The notes beneath the pieces were generated by a model. That model did not search any database, was not told the DNA's origin, and saw only the letters and a program-made list of their open reading frames with translations. Positions 50,985 to 61,133 of a DNA stretch of 64,000 nucleotides are shown here, in pieces. The first letter of the stretch is position 1. The number at the start of each line of letters is the position of its first letter. The stretch lies in assembly GCA_045631345.1 (NCBI GenBank), contig JAZQUP010000013.1:68770-132769 (forward strand). The letters are read 5' to 3'. A program made the position numbers and the translations under genes. Origin of the DNA: Candidatus Avispirillum sp. GTDB taxonomy: Bacteria > Bacillota > Clostridia > Oscillospirales > CAG-272.

Positions 50985-51014
50985 CCGTCCTTCTTTATGA
51001 AGGGCGTTTTTGTT
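50985..51014 (+). terminator. leader terminator (likely riboswitch expression platform)
   Basis: An 8-bp stem CGTCCTTC/GAAGGGCG with loop TTTAT is followed by TTTTTGTTT. It lies 44 nt upstream of the next start codon. Confidence 0.65.
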
Positions 51015-51057
51015 TATGCTTTTCGTGCAAAAATTTATACGAAAAGAGGTTTTCAAA

Positions 51058-51534
51058 ATGAAAACAAAATTGCTTGCACTGCTTATGTGCATACTCATGC
51101 TCATCAGTCTCTGCGCATGTAACGCCAACACCGAGACCCCTGCAGACTCAACTGCAAATGAAACACAATCCGAAGCAATTGAAAATGTTAAGATTACAGG
51201 CGCTTGGGCAGATGCTGTCTACACAGAAGACGCTGAATTTGGAGAAGGAGCAAAAACCATCAAGGTTGAGGTTATAGCAGAAGACAACTCCGTAACCTTC
51301 ACTATCAAAACAAATGCCGAAACTCTTGGCGAAGCGCTTCTCGCTCATTCACTTGTTGAAGGCGAGGATGGACAATATGGTCTTTACATCAAAAAGGTTA
51401 ATGGTATACTTGCTGACTACGATGTTGACGGAACATATTGGAGCCTCACTAAGGATGGCGAATATGTTATGAGCGGAGCTGACACAACAAGCATTTCCGA
51501 TGGCGAGCACTATGAGCTTACAAAAACAAAGTAA
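51058..51534 (+). CDS. DUF4430 (transcobalamin-like) lipoprotein
   Basis: A lipobox (LISLC) signal peptide is present. The C-terminal GLYIKKVNG..DGTYWSL.KDGEY...GA....ISDGEHYEL pattern fits DUF4430. The start is set at ATG 51058. Confidence 0.7.
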   Translation: MKTKLLALLMCILMLISLCACNANTETPADSTANETQSEAIENVKITGAWADAVYTEDAEFGEGAKTIKVEVIAEDNSVTFTIKTNAETLGEALLAHSLVEGEDGQYGLYIKKVNGILADYDVDGTYWSLTKDGEYVMSGADTTSISDGEHYELTKTK

Positions 51535-52060
51535 GACAAAAAGAAAAGGACGTCTTTCCGCACTTGAGCTTTGCATTTATGCAATGCTGGGAACCTTGAT
51601 GTTCTGCTCAAAGATAATTATGGAGGCAGCTCCCAATATTCACATTCTTGGTCTGCTCACAATGGTTTATACCATCGTTTACAGAAAAAAGGCTTTGCTC
51701 CCCATATATATCTATGTTTTTCTGAATGGATTATTTGCAGGATTTAACACATGGTGGATTCCCTACCTATATATGTGGACAATACTTTGGGGAATTACTA
51801 TGCTTCTTCCAAAAAAAATGCCTAAAGCAATTGCATATGTGGTTTACCCTCTTATATGCTGTATTCACGGGCTTGTGTTCGGCGCCTTGTATGCTCCTGT
51901 TCAGGCATTATTATACGGCTTTGATTTTAAGCAGACCTTAGCCTGGATAGCAGCAGGTCTTTCATTTGACATCATTCATGCTATAAGCAATTTTTGTATG
52001 GGGCTTTTTATCATTCCGCTTTCTGCCTTGCTCAAAAAGCTTAGCAAAAACATTTTGTAA
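51512..52060 (+). CDS. ECF-transporter S-component-like membrane protein
   Basis: The small basic protein has 6 TM helices. It overlaps the 3' end of the DUF4430 gene. The start is uncertain (51500 or 51512). Confidence 0.55.
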   Translation: MSLQKQSKTKRKGRLSALELCIYAMLGTLMFCSKIIMEAAPNIHILGLLTMVYTIVYRKKALLPIYIYVFLNGLFAGFNTWWIPYLYMWTILWGITMLLPKKMPKAIAYVVYPLICCIHGLVFGALYAPVQALLYGFDFKQTLAWIAAGLSFDIIHAISNFCMGLFIIPLSALLKKLSKNIL

Positions 52061-52065
52061 TATTT

Positions 52066-52105
52066 AAAAATCTTGCAGAGCCAAATGTCTCTGCAAGATT
52101 TTTAT
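52066..52105. terminator. bidirectional terminator
   Basis: The hairpin ATCTTGCAGAG-loop-CTCTGCAAGAT is flanked by A-runs and T-runs. Confidence 0.8.
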
Positions 52106-52126
52106 TTTATACTATTAATTATCAGA

Positions 52127-52855
52127 TTAACCTTCAAAAACCTCTTCGCTGTTTTCAAAATCAATATACTCACAAGGATCAACGCTTTCACCGTTTATCT
52201 TCATTTCAAAATGAACATGGGGTTCTTCTGAAACCTCAATCAGCGCACTTTCTCCGCCAACAGCAATAAATGTGCCCTCGGAAATCGGAGCCCCTACTGC
52301 TATTCCTTCAGGAATTTCTGGCGACAGATTTTTATAAATAGTTTCTGCTCCTCCTGTATGGGAAATGCTTATGCAGGTACCCATCATTGGATCCTCCCAT
52401 ATTTCCTTAACAGTTCCGGACGCTGCAGCAAGGATACGCTCGCCATTCTGTACATATATATCAATACCGTTATGTGTTCTGTAGTCCTCCATAGTTACTG
52501 AAAAAACAGGAACTTCAACACTATGCTCTTTAATAAGCGCTCCACCGGTGGGATTAATAAACTGTGGCAAAGGCTCTGATTCAACCTTTTCAGCTACCTC
52601 ATTTGTCTCAGTTTCCACAGGGGCTGTTTCTTCGTTTTCAGAAGGCTTGAACACCTCCTCAGACTTAAGCTCTGTTTCTTTTGCTTTAGCAGAATTTTCT
52701 ACAGCGCTAGTTTCATTTATTCTTTCATTAACATCAACTGAGCTTTGTCTTAATCGGCTCATTGCTCCAACTATTGCGGCTATAATGGCAACTGCCATAA
52801 GCATTACCACAAGGGCAACATATAAATTTCCTGCTCTTTTTGCTCTGTTATTCAT
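52127..52855 (-). CDS. M23 family metallopeptidase
   Basis: An N-terminal TM anchor is followed by HNGIDI and HVHFE motifs. ATG 52855 follows SD AAAGGAAAG. Confidence 0.85.
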   Translation of the reverse strand: MNNRAKRAGNLYVALVVMLMAVAIIAAIVGAMSRLRQSSVDVNERINETSAVENSAKAKETELKSEEVFKPSENEETAPVETETNEVAEKVESEPLPQFINPTGGALIKEHSVEVPVFSVTMEDYRTHNGIDIYVQNGERILAAASGTVKEIWEDPMMGTCISISHTGGAETIYKNLSPEIPEGIAVGAPISEGTFIAVGGESALIEVSEEPHVHFEMKINGESVDPCEYIDFENSEEVFEG

Positions 52856-52978
52856 TTGACACTTTCCTTTCAAAGTTTAGCTTTCTGTTATATTTTTGCC
52901 AATAAGGCTGCAAATATACACATTGACAACAGATTATGAAAATGTTAAAATGAAGAAAATGAAACTTATGAGGTTGTT

Positions 52979-53599
52979 ATGATAAAATTAGAAAAAACAT
53001 CGGTTATGAATATAGATAATGCTATCCGTGGGGCAAGAAACCCTCTTAACAGCTGGGCAAAAAGCGACAGCTACTATGATGAGGAAAATAATTTTGTTCT
53101 CGGCGAAGCAGATATGGGACTTGGCCATCGCCTTGCTATTGCAGGCAACGACCACAGAAAATTTCTCCGTATGGTTTTCGTTTCTGTTGACATCACAGCT
53201 CCTCTCTATTGGTGGAAGGAATACGATACATATAAGGTAGGAACTGTTGCAAACTCTACAAGCACTATGCATAAGATCCACTCCAAGCCCTTTGCAAGAG
53301 AAGATTTTTCCTGCGACAGAATGAGCGAAAAAGCCCTTGCTTGTCTTGACAATGTTATCAATGTGCTTGAAGAAACACGCCTTGAGTTTGTTGAAACAAA
53401 GGAAAGAGCTCATTGGGATGACCTTATTCAGCTTCTCCCCTCATCCTATAACCAGACTCGCACATGCACAATGAACTATGAAAACCTTATAAATATGTAC
53501 TACGCAAGAAGAAATCACAAGCTGCCCGAATGGCACGTGTTCTGTGATTGGATCGAATCCCTCCCCTATGCAAATGAATGGATCCTTATTAAAGAATAA
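52979..53599 (+). CDS. ThyX-fold (Thy1-like) protein lacking the RHRxxS..SxR signature
   Basis: Aligned by eye to ThyX, ITAPLYWWKEYDTYKVGTVANSTSTMH corresponds to [27 protein letters not shown]. The C-terminal LP..Y......T.N...L.N....R block is also conserved. Confidence 0.5.
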   Translation: MIKLEKTSVMNIDNAIRGARNPLNSWAKSDSYYDEENNFVLGEADMGLGHRLAIAGNDHRKFLRMVFVSVDITAPLYWWKEYDTYKVGTVANSTSTMHKIHSKPFAREDFSCDRMSEKALACLDNVINVLEETRLEFVETKERAHWDDLIQLLPSSYNQTRTCTMNYENLINMYYARRNHKLPEWHVFCDWIESLPYANEWILIKE

Positions 53600-53691
53600 A
53601 TTATAGAAAAAGCCTTTGGATTTCCAAAGGCTTTTATATTATCAGAAACAAAAAACCGCCTCGTTTGAGGCGGTTTTAATATGTTCTTTAA

Positions 53692-54840
53692 TTAGAAGTA
53701 ACGCTTGAAAGCAGGAGCAGGAGCTTCTTCCTTCTTTTCCTTCTTCTGGAGCATGCCGAGAAGCTCGTCAAGCTCATCATCTGTAATATCATCAGAAGCG
53801 ATCTGAGGCTTCTCTTCAACTACAACAGGGTTAACCTTTCTGGAAGCAATGGGAGTGGAAGCGATGGGAGCAACCTTCTCGTGATTGTTCTCAAATCCTG
53901 TTGCAATGATTGTAACCTTCATTGCATCTTCCATTTCAGGATCGAATGCTACACCCCAGATAACTGTTGCATCTTCGTGAGCTTCGTTTGCGATCATTGT
54001 ACAAGCAATGTCGATCTCATCCATGCTGATGTCAGGAGAAGCTGTGATGTTACCAAGGATACCCTTAGCGCCGGAAATAGATGTTTCAAGAAGGGGGCTG
54101 GAGATAGCAGCCTTAGCAGCGCACTCTGCCTTTTCCTTACCTGTTGCATAACCAACACCCATGTGAGCATAACCTGCATTCTGCATAACGCTTGTTACGT
54201 CAGCAAAGTCAAGGTTGATATATCCGGGAACGTTGATAAGCTCAGAAATACTCTGAACACCGTGGCTAAGTACATCGTCAGCGATCTCAAATGCATTGAT
54301 CATTGTGATAGGCTTATCAGAAACCTGCTTGAGACGCTCGTTAGGGATAATAACGAGAGAGTCTACATACTGGCTGAGAGCAGCGATACCTGCTTCTGCC
54401 TGTGTGAGACGCTTCTTACCTTCAAAAGCAAAGGGCTTTGTTACGATACCGATTGTGAGCATACCCATTTCCTTAGCTACCTTAGCTACTACGGGAGCTG
54501 CACCTGTACCTGTACCACCACCCATACCGGTTGTGATAAATACCATATCTGCGCCTGTGAGAGAATCCTTGATCTCTTCAATGCTCTCCTCAGCAGACTT
54601 TTCACCTACTGCGGGGTTGCTACCTGCGCCGTGACCCTTTGTGATCTTTTCGCCTATAGAAATTTTATTTGTTGCTGCAGAATGAATCAGCGCCTGTCTG
54701 TCTGTGTTAATAGCGATGAAATCTACACCGCGAACATTGCTGGAAATCATACGGTTTACAGCATTGTTTCCGCCGCCTCCTACACCGATTACTTTTATGT
54801 TGACGCCGCTTTCAAAGTTATCATCAAGTTCAAAAGCCAT
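53692..54840 (-). CDS. ftsZ: cell division protein FtsZ
   Basis: The tubulin signature [10 protein letters not shown] and the NTD..AL motif are present. Confidence 0.95.
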   Translation of the reverse strand: MAFELDDNFESGVNIKVIGVGGGGNNAVNRMISSNVRGVDFIAINTDRQALIHSAATNKISIGEKITKGHGAGSNPAVGEKSAEESIEEIKDSLTGADMVFITTGMGGGTGTGAAPVVAKVAKEMGMLTIGIVTKPFAFEGKKRLTQAEAGIAALSQYVDSLVIIPNERLKQVSDKPITMINAFEIADDVLSHGVQSISELINVPGYINLDFADVTSVMQNAGYAHMGVGYATGKEKAECAAKAAISSPLLETSISGAKGILGNITASPDISMDEIDIACTMIANEAHEDATVIWGVAFDPEMEDAMKVTIIATGFENNHEKVAPIASTPIASRKVNPVVVEEKPQIASDDITDDELDELLGMLQKKEKKEEAPAPAFKRYF

Positions 54841-55087
54841 TTTAAAAATCCTCCGTCATATTATGTTTCCTGTATGTTTCACGGTTTTTTCACCGCATTT
54901 CATACAAATACATACTAATAATATACTGTTTCTTTCAATTTTGCAAGATGTTTTTCAAAACTTTTTTAAAAAATTTTATATTTTTGCAAAAAATCATATT
55001 TTTTAGGGGTTTTGGGCACTTTTTTGTTAAATTTTACACCCGCCTAAAAATATCTCTTTAGGCGGGTGTGTAGTCGTTTTTATATTC

Positions 55088-56083
55088 TTAATCTACTACA
55101 AGCTGGTTGTCAATAACCACACCTGTGTTTGAAAGCTCAGACAAGTCGATTTTTGCTTTATTATCATTATTAAACAGCTCGTCCTCAAGCACCTTTGATG
55201 CAATTTTCAGTTTTGCGGCGCTATCCTTATATTCCTTTAAATTCAAAATATACTTACCATCGCATGTTATTATTACATCATTGGGATTAGTGAGATCAAC
55301 TGTTCCAATGCGATTTACAAGCTGTGACTCTGCAGCGGCAAGAGCTACCTCATAAACATATTTGCATTCGCCATCCTTGAAAGCAACTGTTTCTCCTGCG
55401 ACCGCTCGGCTTACCTCGGGAATTTTCAGTTTAATAAGATTTTCGGCTACAGCTTCGCTTATAGCGCCCAAAACCCTTAGGTCCTTTGTCATAGCCCGCA
55501 ATTCACCATAGAAGTCAGCATAATAATAAGCTTCCTCTTCTTCAACTGTTATTACTATTCTTCCGGGAGGAGTTCTCTTAACATTTATATTCTTAACATT
55601 AGGGCAATACATTTTTATATCGTCCTCAGCAATCCTTGAGCTGAAGGAATAAAGCTTGTCCCCAACGTTTATTTTAGCAGAAGCAAGAATCTGCTCAGAG
55701 GTATATCTTTCATTTCCCTCAACATTTATGCTTCTGACAACAAAGAACAGATTATATACGCAAAATATAGCAAGAACAGCAGTTGCTATTGTCAGACAAG
55801 CGGTGAAAATCATTTCTTTTTTAGAATATTTTCTTCCTTTTTCTTCTGCTCTTGCCTGCGCTTCTGCTTCTTTTACCTGAGCTCTTTTTTCTTCATAATT
55901 TTTCGGACGTGGCGCTTTGCGCTTTTCATCAAAGGAAAAATCCTCCTCTATCTCCTCAGGAACATTTGAGCTGTTCTTAGAGGCGGTTCCCTTTGAATCA
56001 TCAAGCTTAACGCTTTCGCGGCTCTCTTTAGCTTCAAGGAGCCGCCGCATTTTTTCGGCATAATATTCGTTATTATCGCTCAT
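55088..56083 (-). CDS. cell division protein FtsQ/DivIB-like
   Basis: The protein has a charged N-terminus, a single TM helix and POTRA/FtsQ-type domains, and lies between murG and ftsZ. ATG 56083 follows SD AAAGGAG. Confidence 0.75.
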   Translation of the reverse strand: MSDNNEYYAEKMRRLLEAKESRESVKLDDSKGTASKNSSNVPEEIEEDFSFDEKRKAPRPKNYEEKRAQVKEAEAQARAEEKGRKYSKKEMIFTACLTIATAVLAIFCVYNLFFVVRSINVEGNERYTSEQILASAKINVGDKLYSFSSRIAEDDIKMYCPNVKNINVKRTPPGRIVITVEEEEAYYYADFYGELRAMTKDLRVLGAISEAVAENLIKLKIPEVSRAVAGETVAFKDGECKYVYEVALAAAESQLVNRIGTVDLTNPNDVIITCDGKYILNLKEYKDSAAKLKIASKVLEDELFNNDNKAKIDLSELSNTGVVIDNQLVVD

Positions 56084-56109
56084 TTGCAGCACTCCTTTCT
56101 CTTTAGCGA

Positions 56110-57219
56110 TTATCTTTCTATAAGCTTAAGAATGTCGTTGTAAATCACCTTGTTAGCATCGGGCTTTGCAAATCTCTTTATTTTATTTTCCATTTCTGCT
56201 CGTTTATCCGCATTTTCAATAAGCTCAGAAACGATCTCGCAGAGACGGCCCGGCATACTCTCATCTTCACGAAGCACATATGCCGCATGCTCAACAGAAA
56301 GAACTGATGCATTTTTAAACTGCTGATCGTCAGTTACATTAGGTGAAGGAATAAACACAGCGCACTTGCCTGCCATAGCCAGTTCAGAAACTGTCATAGC
56401 GCCTGCTCTGCATATAACAATATCTGCTGCAGCAAGACGGATTGGCATATCATAAATATATTCAACCAGCTCTACATTATTAACCTTATCAAATCCAAGC
56501 TCCAAAGCCTTGGCAAAGCATATATCTTTTTCAATAGCGCCGGTTGCGTGAGTATGCTTAATACCATCATCTGCGCCGGTTACATTTTTCATAACCTCAA
56601 GAATTGCTTCATTAACCTTTTCTGCGCCCATGCTTCCGCCATAGGACAAAACATAGATAGCCTTTTCGGGAATACCAAGCTGCGCTCTCGCCTCTTCCTT
56701 GGTTATATTCTCAGGAGGAGAAAGGAGAGGACAACCACAAACAAGAAGCTTTTCCTTCTGCGAAATTCCTTCTCCTGCAACCTCAAAGTTAAGATAAATT
56801 CTGTCTACTGCGCCGGAGAGCATACGCACAGCCATACCGGGAACAGCATTTGACTCATGAAGCGCTGTGGGAATACCCATTGATGCTGCAGCCTTCACTA
56901 CAGGCCAAGAAACATATCCACCTGTTCCAATTACTATATCAGGCTTAAAGTTTTTAATGATCTTCTTTGCCTTTATAGGAGAAGTAAGCGCAAGATATGC
57001 CGCCTTGATATTTTTCAAGGTAAGCTTACGGGAAAGGCCCATAACGTTTACGTGAAAGAGTTCATAGCCTGCTTTGGTTACAAGCTTATTTTCAATTCCT
57101 CTGTCAGTTCCAACAAATGCGATTTCTGACGAAGGGTCGTTTTCTTTAATAGTGTTCGCAATTGCAAGCGCAGGATTTACATGGCCTGCTGTTCCGCCAC
57201 CTGTCATTAATACTCTCAT
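56110..57219 (-). CDS. murG: undecaprenyldiphospho-muramoylpentapeptide beta-N-acetylglucosaminyltransferase
   Basis: The GGGTAGHVNPALA N-terminus is present and the gene sits in dcw context. Confidence 0.95.
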   Translation of the reverse strand: MRVLMTGGGTAGHVNPALAIANTIKENDPSSEIAFVGTDRGIENKLVTKAGYELFHVNVMGLSRKLTLKNIKAAYLALTSPIKAKKIIKNFKPDIVIGTGGYVSWPVVKAAASMGIPTALHESNAVPGMAVRMLSGAVDRIYLNFEVAGEGISQKEKLLVCGCPLLSPPENITKEEARAQLGIPEKAIYVLSYGGSMGAEKVNEAILEVMKNVTGADDGIKHTHATGAIEKDICFAKALELGFDKVNNVELVEYIYDMPIRLAAADIVICRAGAMTVSELAMAGKCAVFIPSPNVTDDQQFKNASVLSVEHAAYVLREDESMPGRLCEIVSELIENADKRAEMENKIKRFAKPDANKVIYNDILKLIER

Positions 57220-57232
57220 ATGAACCTCCCTG

Positions 57233-58522
57233 TTATTTCTTTTGATATGAATGTCTTGATATTGAAAGAAGCACGCCCATTTCCATCAGCAGAACCATAA
57301 GAGCTGTTCCACCGTAGGAGAAGAAGGGCAATGAAATTCCTGTATTGGGAATAAGATCAGTTACAACCATCATATTCAGGAATGCCTGAATACCTACCTG
57401 GCATGTTATACCGAAAGCTACCAATGATGTATATGTATCGGGAGCTTTTTTTGCTATCACAAAGCCTCTCCAGATAAATGCCGCATACAAAAGCACTACT
57501 ATAAGCGCTCCAATAAATCCCATTTCCTCGCACCAGATAGTAAATATAAAGTCATTCTGGGGCTCGGATACATAGTTGTATTTAAGTCTGCTGTCTCCAA
57601 GGCCGACGCCAAGGAGCCCACCACTTCCTATAGCATAAAGTCCCTGTGTTGTTTGCCAAGCTTCGCCAAGAATATCTGCATTTGCATCGTTATGAGTTAT
57701 AATTCTCTGAAGCGCATAAGGGTTTAATGCCAGAAAGCCACCAACTGCCACAACACCACAAGCGCCGTATATGGCAGCCGCCCATCCTATATGAACGCCG
57801 CCAAGAAAGATTACACAAACAGAGATCAGAGCAATAATGATTGTTCCGGAAAGATGCTTTTCAAGAAGAACCAGACCACAGATTATAGCCATGATCACAC
57901 CGGGTCTTACTACGCCATCTATTATCAGGCCCTTTCTGTCAAGTCCGCTGTGGAGCTTATCATAGTTTTTATCAAAATACCATGCAAGCATCATAACAAC
58001 CGCAACTTTAGCCGCTTCAGAAGGCTGGAATGTAAATCCGCCTATTGCAATCCATCTTTTAGCAACACCCTCAGATGTTCCGATTATCAGAACTATCAAA
58101 AGCAACACAATTGCAACTATATAGATAGCAGGCGTCAATTTTTTATAGAAGTTATAAGGAACAAGAGACAAGCCATACATAAGTATTCCGCCTAAGGATA
58201 CGAATACAAGCTGCTTTTTCAGATAGTGCATACTGTCGCCACGTTCAACCAACGCACTGGGAAAGCTTGCAGAAAATACCATTACTGTTCCTAGAACAAG
58301 AATAATTGCTATGATTGCCAACATTGGACGGTCAACACCATGCCTTACTCTCTCTATTTTTTTATCTTCCCTGCGCCACTGATCTTCTCTGCGCTTTTGC
58401 GCAAGCGCTCTGCCGCTAAGCTGAACAATAGCCCCGCTATTGTTTTTCGGCCTCAGATCTCCGTTGGGCTTTTTGACCGGCGCTTTATTCTGTTTTTCGC
58501 TATGATATTTCTGATCATTCAT
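57233..58522 (-). CDS. ftsW: FtsW/RodA/SpoVE family peptidoglycan glycosyltransferase
   Basis: The protein has a SEDS-family polytopic pattern (QPSE, SYGGT) and sits in dcw context. Confidence 0.9.
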   Translation of the reverse strand: MNDQKYHSEKQNKAPVKKPNGDLRPKNNSGAIVQLSGRALAQKRREDQWRREDKKIERVRHGVDRPMLAIIAIILVLGTVMVFSASFPSALVERGDSMHYLKKQLVFVSLGGILMYGLSLVPYNFYKKLTPAIYIVAIVLLLIVLIIGTSEGVAKRWIAIGGFTFQPSEAAKVAVVMMLAWYFDKNYDKLHSGLDRKGLIIDGVVRPGVIMAIICGLVLLEKHLSGTIIIALISVCVIFLGGVHIGWAAAIYGACGVVAVGGFLALNPYALQRIITHNDANADILGEAWQTTQGLYAIGSGGLLGVGLGDSRLKYNYVSEPQNDFIFTIWCEEMGFIGALIVVLLYAAFIWRGFVIAKKAPDTYTSLVAFGITCQVGIQAFLNMMVVTDLIPNTGISLPFFSYGGTALMVLLMEMGVLLSISRHSYQKK

Positions 58523-58549
58523 ATTTCACCGGTCTCCTTTACCGTACTT

Positions 58550-59554
58550 TTATTTTGCAAGTCCAAACCAAGCAAGTACACAGAAAATCAATGTAACTGC
58601 TGAGAACACTGCAACAATTTTTGTTTCCTTCCAACCGCACTTTTCAAAATGATGATGAATGGGTGCCATTTTGAAAAGACGCTTGCCGTGAGTGAGCTTA
58701 AAATATCCAACCTGAAGCATTACGGATGCTGTTTCAACTATAAACATTATTCCGCAGATTACTACGATGAGAGGATTGTTCATAATAAAGGCTCCACCAA
58801 CCACAAGACCGCCAAAGAACAAAGAGCCTGTATCACCCATAAACACTCTTGCGGGATAGAAATTATAAACAAGGAATCCAAGGGCAGATCCTGCCATTAT
58901 TGCACCCAGAATACTGAGCGCAACATTTTCACTAGAAAATGCTACGAATGCCACAACTGAATAGAATACTGCAACAACTGCTGTTATTGAGCTTGCAAGT
59001 CCATCAATTCCGTCTGTCAGGTTAACTGCATTAACAACACCTGTGAGCAAAAACATTGCAATCACATAATAGAAAATTCCAAAATTAAGTGAAACATTTA
59101 CAAAAGGAATATAAAGCTCTGTTGTGAGGCCGCAGAAGAAACACATCGCAAGAAGATAAAGACCTGCAACAAGCACCTGAAGAATAAACTTCTGAGCCGC
59201 TGTGAGACCTTCGTTCTGCTTTCTCTTAAGCTTTGCCATATCATCTATAATTCCGATACAACCGTTAAGCGTTGCCATAACAAGAGTTATAAGCAGAGGA
59301 AGCGCTGATGACGCACCGTTTATTACCCATACAACAACAGTTGCAGTTATACCGCATATAACAGATGCAATTATAAAAGCAAGGCCACCCATTGTAGGTG
59401 TTCCCTCTTTGGACTTATGCCAACGAGGACCTATATCAAGAATTTTCTGGCCCATTTTCTTACTGGCAAGAATGGGAATAAGCTTTTTGGAAATTCCCAC
59501 TGTGAGCAAAAACGTTAAAACAAGAACTGCTGCAAAAATAATTTTAGATGTCAT
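58550..59554 (-). CDS. mraY: phospho-N-acetylmuramoyl-pentapeptide-transferase
   Basis: MraY motifs are present (TPTMGG, NLTDGIDGLA, MGDTGS, HHHFE). Confidence 0.95.
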   Translation of the reverse strand: MTSKIIFAAVLVLTFLLTVGISKKLIPILASKKMGQKILDIGPRWHKSKEGTPTMGGLAFIIASVICGITATVVVWVINGASSALPLLITLVMATLNGCIGIIDDMAKLKRKQNEGLTAAQKFILQVLVAGLYLLAMCFFCGLTTELYIPFVNVSLNFGIFYYVIAMFLLTGVVNAVNLTDGIDGLASSITAVVAVFYSVVAFVAFSSENVALSILGAIMAGSALGFLVYNFYPARVFMGDTGSLFFGGLVVGGAFIMNNPLIVVICGIMFIVETASVMLQVGYFKLTHGKRLFKMAPIHHHFEKCGWKETKIVAVFSAVTLIFCVLAWFGLAK

Positions 59555-59625
59555 TTTTCCTTACCGTTCCTTATATTAGTTACTTAATATTATGATACCA
59601 TACCTCAAGCCTTCGGTCAACACAA

Positions 59626-61083
59626 TTAAAGCCTTGAAAGTGCTGCAGCAACTATATCTCTTTCGCTGAAGGGATGCTTGCCATGGCAATCTGACTCGTA
59701 TTTTTCGTGGCCCTTTCCGCAGAGAAGAACAAACTCCTCCTTTTGCGCTGTTGAAACTGCATATTCAATGGCAGAGCGCCTATCAACTATCACTCTCACA
59801 TTGCTATAGTTCTTAACACCTGACAATATATCACTTACTATATCTTCTCTTTTTTCGCTTCTGGGATTATCACTTGTGATTATCACTCTATCTGCAAGCT
59901 CAGCAGCAACCTTTCCCATCACCGCACGCTTGCCTTTATCTCGGTCGCCTCCACAGCCAAAAAGCACAGTTACAAATCTGCCTCCTGCAATACTTTTAAT
60001 GCAGTTTATAGCTGATGCCAATGCATCGGGGGTGTGCGCATAATCAATAAACAAATGAAATCCGAAAGCCTCGCACTCGCTTAACTTTTCCATTCTTCCC
60101 GAAACATAAGGGACTGCCCCAATGCCTCGGGTTATACTTTCCTGAGAAACGCCTGTTATATACGCCGCCTTTGCCGCAAGCATTGTATTCTCAACGGTGA
60201 AAAATCCCGGAGATGCAGAGATTATTTCAACTGACTCTCCGCAAATATCTATCTCGTAGGATACGCCGTCCTCACTCATCCGCAACCATTTTGCTTCACT
60301 GCGTTCGCAGGAAACCGCTGCGCACCCCAATTCCGAAAATAGTCTTCTGCCATATGAGCAATCGCAACCAACAACTGACCTCTTACATCTTTTGATAAGA
60401 GACGCCTTTGTTTTATAGTACTCCTCCATGCTCTCGTGAAAATCAAGATGCTCAGGAGAAAGATTAGTGAAAACACCTAGTTCAAATCTTATGGGGCACA
60501 GCTTGCTTTGGGCGATTGAATGGCTTGACGCCTCCATTACCACAGCTTCTGCTCCGTTTTTATATAATTGACACAATATTTTATACAGAACCTGTGGATC
60601 CGGGGTGGTCATTGCAGAAGGTATATCGCAAACTGCCGATCCTTCAAAAAGCAATGTTTCGCCATTGAACGAGCACCCCAGAGTTCCTATCATTGCAGTT
60701 TTGATTCCGCCCTCGTTCATAGCAGAAGCAAGATAAGCTGAGGTTGAGGTTTTTCCGTTAGTTCCCGTAACAGCTATCATTCTCATTTTGCGTGAAGGAT
60801 TGCCATAAAAATTATCCCAGATAACCGAATCTGCAACACGTGTGCTTTTCACAACTATACATGGCACGCCTCGGATATATCTTTCGGAAACTACTGCAAC
60901 GGCGCCCCGCCTTATAGCTTCCTCCGCATACAAATGCCCATCACGCTTACTGCCTTTTATACATATGAACAAGCTTCCAAAAGCTACTGTGCGCGAATCA
61001 TTTGAAACACATTTTACATGACATCTGAGATTCACTCCAAACGTGTTATATTTAAGCCCTGACAAAAGTTCTGCTAACTGCAT
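59626..61083 (-). CDS. murE: UDP-N-acetylmuramoyl-L-alanyl-D-glutamate--2,6-diaminopimelate ligase
   Basis: GTNGKTST is present with Mur ligase middle and C-terminal domains. The DNPR motif (SDNPRSE) suggests meso-DAP specificity. Confidence 0.9.
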   Translation of the reverse strand: MQLAELLSGLKYNTFGVNLRCHVKCVSNDSRTVAFGSLFICIKGSKRDGHLYAEEAIRRGAVAVVSERYIRGVPCIVVKSTRVADSVIWDNFYGNPSRKMRMIAVTGTNGKTSTSAYLASAMNEGGIKTAMIGTLGCSFNGETLLFEGSAVCDIPSAMTTPDPQVLYKILCQLYKNGAEAVVMEASSHSIAQSKLCPIRFELGVFTNLSPEHLDFHESMEEYYKTKASLIKRCKRSVVGCDCSYGRRLFSELGCAAVSCERSEAKWLRMSEDGVSYEIDICGESVEIISASPGFFTVENTMLAAKAAYITGVSQESITRGIGAVPYVSGRMEKLSECEAFGFHLFIDYAHTPDALASAINCIKSIAGGRFVTVLFGCGGDRDKGKRAVMGKVAAELADRVIITSDNPRSEKREDIVSDILSGVKNYSNVRVIVDRRSAIEYAVSTAQKEEFVLLCGKGHEKYESDCHGKHPFSERDIVAAALSRL

Positions 61084-61133
61084 TCTATCCTCCGGAAGTT
61101 AAAATGTTTTTTTGTTTCAACTTCCGAAAGCCT

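Noticed and set aside
53881-54918. A 345-aa ORF antisense to ftsZ.
   Set aside because: This is the same antisense artefact inside a highly conserved gene.
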